NCBI GenBank assembly: GCA_046861645.1
Contig: JBHHUM010000018.1
Span: 1 to 36,947, forward strand
Origin: Fidelibacterota bacterium
GTDB taxonomy: Bacteria; Fidelibacterota; Marinisomatia; Marinisomatales; UBA2128
Length of the DNA stretch: 36,947 nt
Direction of reading: 5' to 3'
Shown: positions 1 through 8,268 of the stretch, piece after piece
Layout: each line of letters starts with the position of its first letter
Numbering within the stretch: position 1 is the first letter of the stretch
Translations under genes and position numbers: made by a program
The notes under the pieces: generated by a model
What the model was told of the DNA's origin: nothing
Databases searched by the model: none
The model's input: only the letters and a program-made list of their open reading frames with translations

Positions 1-405
<405 letters not shown>

Positions 406-425
406 TAATCATACTCTAGTGTGTC

Positions 426-459
426 AATAAAACGGGGACCGTGGTCCCCGTTTTTTATT
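426..459 (+). terminator. Rho-independent terminator after gdhA (possibly bidirectional)
   Basis: AATAAAACGGGGAC-CGTG-GTCCCCGTTTTTTATT: GC-rich stem, 4-nt loop, T-tract downstream and A-tract upstream. Confidence 0.9.
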
Positions 460-942
460 CCATCTATCTCAAATCTAATTGTTGATTTTAATTCCCACTA
501 AAAAGTGATAATTATCACAGACACTCACATAATGTAGCATTTAACTTTTCAAGAAATAGCCAAATTATCAAAAACCTGGTAGATATCCTTTTGAAGACTA
601 AATATTACTTTCCAATATGAGAGCCTTTACCTCAATAAAAACGTTGCAGTTTACATGCTATCGATTTACTGACTTTGTTCTTCCCCTACTCTTTTGGATC
701 AGGTATAAAAAAATCGAACCCATACCACTAAAACTTTCTATTATAAAAGTACTGCCCTCTTTGAATACAAAGTACAACTACCCCATAATTACAATCCTCA
801 AACAATTTACCTACTTTTAATAGGAATTCATGGAGGAGGTAGTTCAATAGCAAAATTGGTCGAAATTGGGGGAAATCCCCAGCATCTGGAATCTTTCTTT
901 ACAGTACCACAAGTACTGTATACCTGCTTTATTGATTACAAA

Positions 943-1334
943 GACTATGTTCCATAAACTTACTGAATTAGACATAATAAAAACATTCAACACCTGCCCC
1001 GTACAGTCACAAGCTCCTTACCCTGATACACTCCCCGATACAGTCACTCCGTTCCTTACGGGACTGGCGTTCCTCATTACCGGGCAAGCAGGGCAGGCAG
1101 CGTTGGCGATCTATTATGATTGCCTGCCTGTCGACAGACCGGGAGGTTATAGACCTTTGACTCCTGACGGAGTCTATAAATATGAATAGAAATCCCGTAG
1201 GCTTACAGTCCCGTACTTCATGTCGGGAGATTGTATGTCTATAAAGGCACTGAACACGGTAAACATAAACTCCGTCGGAGCTCAACAGGGTGGTGTAAAC
1301 AACATGAAAATCAGTTTATTTTTAGAACATAGTC
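943..1334. mobile_element. 392-bp non-autonomous element (MITE) with 27-bp TIRs and 8-bp target-site duplication
   Basis: Left TIR 943-969 GACTATGTTCCATAAACTTACTGAATT versus reverse complement of 1308-1334 GACTATGTTCTAAAAATAAACTGATTT (21/27, first 10 identical). Flanks ATTACAAA (935-942) and ATTACGAA (1335-1342) match at 7/8. Removing the element plus one copy of the duplication restores the esterase frame (FIDYELGYD). Confidence 0.85.
993..1280. repeat. Cluster of GC-rich REP-like palindromes inside the MITE
   Basis: CCTGCCC(993-999)/GGGCAGG(1091-1097); direct repeat CCCCG(A)TACAGTCAC at 997 and 1033; hairpin CAGTC..CCGT-TCCTT-ACGG..GACTG (1041-1066); CTGTCGACAG (1128-1137); TATAGAC..GACTCC-TGAC-GGAGTCTATA (1148-1178); AATCCCGTAGG (1191-1201); TCCCG..CGGGA (1209-1228); AACTCCGTCGGAG (1268-1280). 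Confidence 0.7.
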
Positions 1335-1996
1335 ATTACGAATTAGGTTACGATTAGTCACTTTGGTAAAGTGGTGAAAAGAGCATTATAGTACAGGCTT
1401 CTGCATTAATTGCAAATTATGTTGGTGATTTGGTTATTACTCTTAGGCAAAAATACAAAATCAACCAGGTTTATCTCCCGGGTTTTCACAGAGTACCATC
1501 TTCACATAGATGACTGGAATTGAAAAATACGAACCCTTTAAAAGGCTTAATCATTTTAAGTGGTTTGACTATTAGAATAATCCTTTCTCAGGTTCTTTGA
1601 ATTTTGCTTGGTTGTCAGGAGAAGCCATCCAAAAAGCTAACGCATTACTCGTATTTATTACTCATGGAATAGAAGACCAAGAGGTCAAATACGAAATGGA
1701 GATAAAATTGTGGGAGGTCTTAAAATAGTTACGGCTATGATGACATCTTTCACAATTTTGATGGAGTTCATGTTATTTCCAAAAAATATTAAATCAGATA
1801 AAAAGTTGGTTAAAATCTGAATGATAGCCGATATATCGAACTTTGTTTTCCGTTATCTAGGTATAAAACACTTTACTGTGATTGTAAAGATTATTGTCGT
1901 AAATCTCCAAATCAAAGCCATACCAGATGAAGCTTGTAGGAGACTCATTTGTTTAATCAATACCGTATCTTCATGATATTATTAACAGGAGATAAA

Positions 1997-4900
1997 ATGA
2001 AGAAAGGACTCATAATTGTTATTTTATCGGTTTTCTCTGCAATTCATGCTGATGATAATTTAACTGATTTCCACGACCGAATGGATAAGATAAGAGCAGT
2101 CCTGGAACAATTACCCCGGGATGTTTCCTCCCCTGCTTCAAAACAAATAAAAGCACTACAATCGCAACTGTTACCATTACAACCATTGCAGATAGATGTA
2201 CAAAAGAACTCTGAAGCAGATTTAATAATAGGTTTAGAAGACCCTTATGAGGAGATAACTATCACCGGGGATTTCTTTTTGGATGGAAATATCTACCTTA
2301 TCAATCATGGTATATTAAATCTTATCGATGCCAATTTTACCCTCAGGGGTGACATAATCGTCGTGGATAGCACCCAGTTTCATGTAGAAAGAAGTGATCT
2401 TAATATCCTGGCAGAATATCTATATCAGTACATAATTATCGGATTGGATAATAGTACAATTACTTTTGATAGTACTGAAATCTCGGTAAATGGACTAAGT
2501 TGGAATGCCACATTTTCGGACAATTCATACTTGTCAATTAACGATACATACTTCTATGATGGCATAACAGCGAGTTTAGGAGGCAATGCTGAGGTAGATA
2601 TTCTACGTTCTAACCCTTTTGAGTGGGTTATTTTTGAAAACGCAATCATGACTGTTTCTCAATCCGGTCCTCATATTTTCTGGTTTGAGTTTCCCGACAC
2701 AAGTCAGGCTGATTTCTCATTTCCGGATGGAGAATATGTGACCAATTTCACTATCTCGGTTGATGATGATAACATCGATGGCATCGGTTATAATGTAAGT
2801 ATTGATTCAACATCTGATGTCTGGTGGGGTCTTATACTTCAAGCGGGATCTGATGTAACCATTCGTGACTCTTTTTTACGTACCACAGGAATTATGGCCA
2901 TGGAAGGAGACTCGTTAGCGATTACGGGTATCGTTAATGATCAATATTATACTGATTTTACTGCACCTCTTTCGGATAGAAACTTCCATTTAATTAACAC
3001 TTCTTTAGGTTCCTGGAATGTTTATCCCTGGGGAGTTGGGAAACTCCTGTTAGACCAAACTATCATCGGTGAATTAGGGTCCTATGGTAACACTGAAACT
3101 CAAGTTCAATATTCAATTGTTGATGGCAGTGGGGGATATGTGTTTACAGGCCGGACAAGTTTTACGTTATTTTACCTCTCTTCCATTCTGAGTCATGTCA
3201 TAGCCAATGATCACTCTGTCCAATTACATTACTTTTCTTCCTCACTTTTGGGGAACCTTATCGCCACCGATGCATCTCTGCTGGTTCTTGCGAATACGGT
3301 ATCACAGCAACTCCCTGTCGCCAGGGATACATCAGTTATTTTAGAATTGGCCATCCAGTCCCCAGGTAATCCCACTGTTGATCAACTCCTCCCTATCATA
3401 GGTACTGCTGTGGTATCAAGCGGACCATTTATTCCTATTGATCTGGAGAGCTACCGGCTGGATTATGGTATCGGTGATGATCCTGAAAATTGGATCCAAA
3501 TCGGTTCAATACATCAGGAAGAAGTCCGCCAGGATGTTTTAGAAATCTGGAACACATTTGGACTTGAGACAGGTCAATATAATCTCAAATTAACTCTTTA
3601 TCTTTCTGAGGAAGACAGCCTGGAAACCTACCAATGGGTTTATCTGGGAGAATCCTGGAATGATCAGGTAATCCCAGCTGGAGATCGGATACTTGGTTTA
3701 CATATTAGCGAATCAGAAAATCATGATTACGATGCTGCTTTTGCTTATGCCCAGGCTGCCTGTTTGCAAGCTACAGGGCAATTTTTCAAGTGGAGTGATT
3801 TAGAGCCAATACCCGGTCAGATAGGTGGACCGGTATTTGATCTACTGGAAATGGTTAATTACTACTATCCTCAATCCGACACAAAGATCGAACTGAATAT
3901 CCCTATTATTAACACTGTCCAGAGAGAAGTCCCTCCTGACCTGATCTCCGAGCCTTTTGATAGTCCTTTATTCATCAACCGATTCAAAACACTTCTCGAT
4001 TCCATATTTATGAAAATACCTGATGTTCAACTAATTGCCCTCAATATCGGTAATGAACATGGTTTCTATTTAGCTGAAGACACGACTCAGATTAACGCTT
4101 ACAAAACCTTTTTCGACTCAGTAAAAGTATATGCTGAAATGCTCTATTTCAATATCCATGAAGAAGATTTAAATGTAGGCACTACGCTAACCTTTGATGC
4201 CCTCACCGATTCGTCAATCGCTACAACAATGCAAGATTTGAATCAATCTGCGGATATAGTGAGTGTCAATTATTATGCGGTAAATCCAGATTTTACCGTC
4301 AAGGAACCTTATGAAGTAATTGCTGACCTTAATGATCTGGTTAATTTATATTCAGATACTACTAAACCAATCTATCTAACCGAATGTGGGTATCCATCAA
4401 GTCCCGTTTGCAATAGTTCGGAAGCAAAACAAGCAGAGTTCATGGAGAATGTTTTTAAAGCATGGGATATCTATTACAACAATATAAAATATATCAGCTT
4501 TTTCCAATCAACAGACTGGCCATTAGAAGTAGTGGATAGTCTGGCGATCTACTATGGATTAGAGGATGATACAGTCTTTAAGGAATTTTTACGAACCTTA
4601 GGATTGAGAACTTATCCTAGTAACGGTACCAATAAACCGGCTTATGATGAAGCTGTACTTCAAGCACAAACGAGGGGGTTTTGCGATTCAATCTTAACAA
4701 TATTTGATGAACCGATTGAGTATTTCCCTGAGGCTTATTCGTTAGCACAGAATTATCCCAATCCGTTTAATACCACTACCACCATTAATTACCAGTTCTT
4801 GATTTCCGGTCATATTGACTTGTCTATTTACAACCTATTCGGACAGAAAGTACGGACTTTAGTGAATGATCATCAAGGACCGGGTCGTTATTCTATCGTC

Positions 4901-5008
4901 TGGGATGGCAAGGATGATTTTGGACTGGAAGTATCCAGTGGAATTTATTTATGTAGACTTAGGAGTGGTAGTTTTATCAAAATGAGAAAACTCATCCTCC
5001 TTGAATAA
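1997..5008 (+). CDS. Secreted multidomain protein: signal peptide, beta-solenoid-like region, Ig-like domain, clan GH-A-like glycoside hydrolase domain, T9SS-type (FlgD-Ig) C-terminal sorting domain
   Basis: ATG 1997 preceded by AGGAG. Signal peptide MKKGLIIVILSVFSAIHA. Repetitive Asn/Ser/Ile/Asp beta-rich region. IGNEH (4049-4060) and PIYLTECGYPS (E at 4382) match the GH-A acid/base and nucleophile patterns. C-terminus QNYPNPFN...WDGKDDFG...SGIYLCRL...RKLILLE. Confidence 0.85.
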   Translation: MKKGLIIVILSVFSAIHADDNLTDFHDRMDKIRAVLEQLPRDVSSPASKQIKALQSQLLPLQPLQIDVQKNSEADLIIGLEDPYEEITITGDFFLDGNIYLINHGILNLIDANFTLRGDIIVVDSTQFHVERSDLNILAEYLYQYIIIGLDNSTITFDSTEISVNGLSWNATFSDNSYLSINDTYFYDGITASLGGNAEVDILRSNPFEWVIFENAIMTVSQSGPHIFWFEFPDTSQADFSFPDGEYVTNFTISVDDDNIDGIGYNVSIDSTSDVWWGLILQAGSDVTIRDSFLRTTGIMAMEGDSLAITGIVNDQYYTDFTAPLSDRNFHLINTSLGSWNVYPWGVGKLLLDQTIIGELGSYGNTETQVQYSIVDGSGGYVFTGRTSFTLFYLSSILSHVIANDHSVQLHYFSSSLLGNLIATDASLLVLANTVSQQLPVARDTSVILELAIQSPGNPTVDQLLPIIGTAVVSSGPFIPIDLESYRLDYGIGDDPENWIQIGSIHQEEVRQDVLEIWNTFGLETGQYNLKLTLYLSEEDSLETYQWVYLGESWNDQVIPAGDRILGLHISESENHDYDAAFAYAQAACLQATGQFFKWSDLEPIPGQIGGPVFDLLEMVNYYYPQSDTKIELNIPIINTVQREVPPDLISEPFDSPLFINRFKTLLDSIFMKIPDVQLIALNIGNEHGFYLAEDTTQINAYKTFFDSVKVYAEMLYFNIHEEDLNVGTTLTFDALTDSSIATTMQDLNQSADIVSVNYYAVNPDFTVKEPYEVIADLNDLVNLYSDTTKPIYLTECGYPSSPVCNSSEAKQAEFMENVFKAWDIYYNNIKYISFFQSTDWPLEVVDSLAIYYGLEDDTVFKEFLRTLGLRTYPSNGTNKPAYDEAVLQAQTRGFCDSILTIFDEPIEYFPEAYSLAQNYPNPFNTTTTINYQFLISGHIDLSIYNLFGQKVRTLVNDHQGPGRYSIVWDGKDDFGLEVSSGIYLCRLRSGSFIKMRKLILLE

Positions 5009-5083
5009 CCTTAAATGACTGAACGTGAACTTAAGTTTTACAATATTATATGTCAAATTGATCTCGATTAAAATGAGATATTA

Positions 5084-7078
5084 ATGAACAATATAGCAAT
5101 TAGAACTCTAATTCTTAACTTCATTTTACTTCTTCCGCTGCGAATCCACCTTCAAAACCTGGTTGTTGGTTTTACAGATCCGTACGAAGTGATAAATGTT
5201 TTGGATACAACTGTGGTATATGATTCTGTTATCGTAATAAACCAAGGTAAATTAATCATAGAAAGTTCCAATTTTACTATTAATCAGGCACTAATAATTA
5301 TTAATGCTGGCACATTAAGTGTTGCTAAAAGCAACTTTGCTGTGTCCGGTAACAGTGTTTTCGCTGAGAACAGTTCTACAACACTCAAAGACAATTTATG
5401 GTTCTCTGGAAATATTATTGATTTTGGCAATGCTTCACTAATTATCGATAGCGCAGAAATTGAAATCCCAATGACATTTGCCGGCGAATATAATTTCATA
5501 GGGACAGATGCTGCAGAATTTAGAATAAGCAATTCAACCTTTGATTTAGGGAGTGGGAAACTTGGGGGGAGTTTTTCAGGACAATCTAATTTCACTCAAT
5601 TGAATACAAGCTATCAAAGTCAGGTGGGAATTGCTATGACGATAGGTATCGGTGGTCAGACGACCTTGACAGTGGACAATTGCACGGGTGGTATGGAATT
5701 TGTAATCACTGACTCAGCAGATGTGACCATCAGTAATTCCATAGGTTTCGTACTTTGGCACGCATTTATCGAGAACTCAATTGTCGATATTACATTTCCT
5801 CCAGCTAATTCAGCTATACCAAATGCCAGCGACGTAACAAGTTATTCTTTTTCAGACACTTTAGCAGGTGTTTCGGGAATTCATTATACTATCAATGTAC
5901 AAAATACTGCTGGCGTATTTTGGGCAGTTCTACTAAAAACCGGTTCCAACACTACCATCAACAATTCAAACGTGATTGGATGTGGTTTCACCTTCGCAGG
6001 AACAATTATAGACACTATTTCAGGTTTTGTTAATGATTCGTCTTATATCGAATTCACAGCTCCCTTCGCTGACCGCTATTTCCATTTGAACAGCACCATC
6101 ATCAAAGCCTGGAATTTCTATCCTCTTGAAGGCTCAGAACTCATCATCAGAAATTCCATTTTTGGTGAAGCTTTGACATTTAACGAATCAACACTAGTCA
6201 TAGAAAACAGTATTTGCGATGGTACGGGTGGATATTTTGGCGGAAGCAATAATAGCAAAATCCTTGTCAATGAATCCTTAATAAAAAGAATTGGGAATGG
6301 TCCAGCAATCATTGTTAACAAGGATAATTGTGAGATATTCATAAACGAATCCGTTGTTACTGGTGATGTAGTATTAAACAATTCTTCCAAATTGATTTAT
6401 AGTAATATAACCTTCGATCAAGAACCGATCCTCAACGATGCCACCTTTTTCCTTGAAGTTGCCCTGGATTCTGTATTGGTACCAGATCAGGAAGATATTA
6501 CTCCTATCACTGGTACATTACGTTCAGTAAATGGCCCTCAAAACCAAGATATGATCACAAATTATATACTTGAATTTTCTCATCCAGATAGCTCAAATAT
6601 GACATTTATAGCCGACTTACTCTATTCCCAGGAGATCATTAATGGTGTACTCTACAACTGGAACACACAAGGAATAACACCTGGAGAATATCTGCTCTGG
6701 TTAACCACTTATGTCAATAATGATTCTCTCATAAAGATTAATGGAGAAATCATATTAAGTTCAGTTACTGTTGACAAGGAATACCACAGTTTGCCTGAAG
6801 AATTTATGGTATTTCAAAATTATCCTAATCCGTTCAATCCTATTACCTCTATTGCTTACCAGCTACCACAATCTGCAAAGGTTAAATTGTCTGTATATAA
6901 TTTAAATGGTCAACTGGTTGCTACATTGGTTAACCAACAAAAAAGTGCGGGTTATTATTCGGTTCAATGGGATGCCAGTAATGTCGGATCAGGAATATAT
7001 ATCTACCAGATTTCGATGATATCCCCGGGAGGAACTGACGAACATCTTTTCAGAAAAAAGTGCGTATTAGTAAAATAA
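5084..7078 (+). CDS. Secreted beta-solenoid-like protein with Ig-like domain and T9SS-type C-terminal sorting domain; paralogue of the upstream gene lacking the hydrolase domain
   Basis: Hydrophobic N-terminus. Blocks shared with the upstream ORF: GFTDPYEVI/GLEDPYEEI, FTAPFADRYFHL..AWNFYP/FTAPLSDRNFHL..SWNVYP, SICDGTGGY/SIVDGSGGY, WNTQGITPGEY/WNTFGLETGQY. C-terminus QNYPNPFNP...SGIYIYQI...KKCVLVK. Confidence 0.85.
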   Translation: MNNIAIRTLILNFILLLPLRIHLQNLVVGFTDPYEVINVLDTTVVYDSVIVINQGKLIIESSNFTINQALIIINAGTLSVAKSNFAVSGNSVFAENSSTTLKDNLWFSGNIIDFGNASLIIDSAEIEIPMTFAGEYNFIGTDAAEFRISNSTFDLGSGKLGGSFSGQSNFTQLNTSYQSQVGIAMTIGIGGQTTLTVDNCTGGMEFVITDSADVTISNSIGFVLWHAFIENSIVDITFPPANSAIPNASDVTSYSFSDTLAGVSGIHYTINVQNTAGVFWAVLLKTGSNTTINNSNVIGCGFTFAGTIIDTISGFVNDSSYIEFTAPFADRYFHLNSTIIKAWNFYPLEGSELIIRNSIFGEALTFNESTLVIENSICDGTGGYFGGSNNSKILVNESLIKRIGNGPAIIVNKDNCEIFINESVVTGDVVLNNSSKLIYSNITFDQEPILNDATFFLEVALDSVLVPDQEDITPITGTLRSVNGPQNQDMITNYILEFSHPDSSNMTFIADLLYSQEIINGVLYNWNTQGITPGEYLLWLTTYVNNDSLIKINGEIILSSVTVDKEYHSLPEEFMVFQNYPNPFNPITSIAYQLPQSAKVKLSVYNLNGQLVATLVNQQKSAGYYSVQWDASNVGSGIYIYQISMISPGGTDEHLFRKKCVLVK

Positions 7079-7281
7079 TTTTAGAACTCCTATTCACTTA
7101 AAAGGTCTGTTTAATAGATACTTTCTCTGGCGAGCTATGAAAAATTCCCTTCTCAAGAGAACTTGTGTGATCTGCCAATAAGGAATAACAAATAAACATC
7201 TTCTGAACTATAGAGATCATCTTAAATACAACTATAATATTTATATCTGATTTTAGTTGTAATCCCTAACATAATAAATTT

Positions 7282-8177
7282 AGGTTAAGTCCCATTTTAG
7301 CCACCAATGTTACTATTTTACATATGAAGCACCGCTTAAAGCGTTCAAGGTGTGGTTGCAAGAAATTGTACTTTGTTCGACTGAGGAAGGTACGTTGCAG
7401 TGGCTGTCTAAATGAATGGATACCGGGGAGACTTCCATTACATTTTACTCAAAAAGAGTGGTTCTCAATTCTGCACTGGTTTGTGTACGAATTACCAGCA
7501 GTTACTATTGCCAAGGAAACAGGTATTGAACGCAAGTGAGTATTACAAACCTTGACCAATGTTCGTATGGCTTTCCGTAAAGATATACCCAATGTGTTTT
7601 CAGGAATTGTTGAAGTTGATGAGATTTATACAGGTGGACCATGGAAGAACAGGGAACACAGCGTAAAATCCGACGGAACCAAGTGTGATAGAGTGACTTT
7701 TCCAAAGAATCTTGTGGATAAGACGTCAGTGTTTGGCATTCTCTGCCATGGGGGCAAGGTGTGGACACAAGTTGGACCTGATGTAGAAGCGAAGACATTA
7801 TAATCCATGATCTCACGATGGCAGGAGATTGGATGTGTTGTATGCTCTGACATCTGGAAAAGTTACACCGGAGTTGCTGCCAGGGGCTATGTTCAACGCT
7901 TGGTAAAACATTATGCTGGTGAGAACAGTGATGGCAAAGGAAACCACATTAACGGGCTTATCCCAACGTGTCGGAATGGGGGTACTTGAAAAAGAAGACA
8001 GGCTGCAAAAGGTAGGATCAGAAAGGAACAGCTCCCATTATAATTGGCTGAGTATGTCTGGTGTTGCAATTATAGAAATGATGATATTAACCTGTCCGGC
8101 TAGGAAACCCAAAAGAAACTCATAATGAAACGGTTTAAAAAGGCAATTCATTTAGTGGCTCTTTTGGGACTTTACCC
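7282..8177 (+). mobile_element. Decayed IS1595-family insertion sequence (about 896 bp)
   Basis: Imperfect TIRs: 7282-7306 AGGTTAAGTCCCATTTTAGCCACCA versus reverse complement of 8153-8177 GGGTAAAGTCCCAAAAGAGCCACTA (18/25). They enclose a broken transposase. No convincing TSD remains. Confidence 0.85.
7324..8152 (+). pseudogene. IS1595-family (ISXO2-like DDE) transposase pseudogene
   Basis: The collinear fragments 7324-7539, 7552-7803 and 7807-7989 share one frame, broken by stops at 7537, 7801, 7987, 8041 and 8101. Motifs: N-terminal Cys cluster, GIVEVDEIYTGG, VFGIL..GGKV, CSDIWKSY, GNHINGL, WGYLK (shifted frame) and LPL*LAEYVW. Confidence 0.88.
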
Positions 8178-8268
8178 TTATGTATTTTAGTATTAGTAAT
8201 AATGTGATATTTTCAAGAGTAGAATATAGTATCATTAATTTGAAAGTCATTAGTTCAGGGAACAATTA

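Larger units (their letters stand above)
709..1824 (+). pseudogene. Decayed phospholipase/carboxylesterase-type alpha/beta hydrolase, interrupted by a MITE and several stops and frameshifts
   Basis: Manual translation gives YKVQLPHNYNPQTIYLLLIGIHGGGSS (766-846), FFTVPQVLYTCFIDY (895-939), [insertion 943-1334], ELGYD*SLW*SGEKSII...KYKINQVYLPGF / SQSTIFT*MTG (GFSQG elbow remnant at 1481-1494, 1-nt frameshift), FKGLIILSG, VFITHGIEDQEV (HGxxD), GYDDIFHNFDGVHVI (catalytic His region) and LNQIKSWLKSE*. The 5' boundary is uncertain and may extend to about 540. Confidence 0.8.

Noticed and set aside
617..820. 67-aa ORF from the track
   Set aside because: It overlaps the esterase pseudogene in a different frame and has no recognisable motif or RBS.
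993..1280. Possible CRISPR array or tRNA
   Set aside because: The repeats are heterogeneous, nested and irregularly spaced, with no constant repeat-spacer period, no cas genes and no cloverleaf or T-loop motif.
866..1285. ORFs 866-1189 (+) and 1007-1285 (-)
   Set aside because: They run through the GC-rich palindrome cargo of the MITE. Open frames are expected by chance there, and I see no protein motifs.
1949..1996. TTG start for the 1019-aa ORF
   Set aside because: ATG 1997 has an AGGAG RBS and begins a clean signal peptide.
7537..7539. In-frame TGA in the transposase as a Sec codon or sign of genetic-code reassignment
   Set aside because: The same relic also has TAA and TAG stops and frameshifts, and TGA is a normal stop for many intact genes in the window.
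7274..8185. Target-site duplication for the IS1595 relic
   Set aside because: The flanks ATAAATTT and TTATGTAT match at only 4/8.
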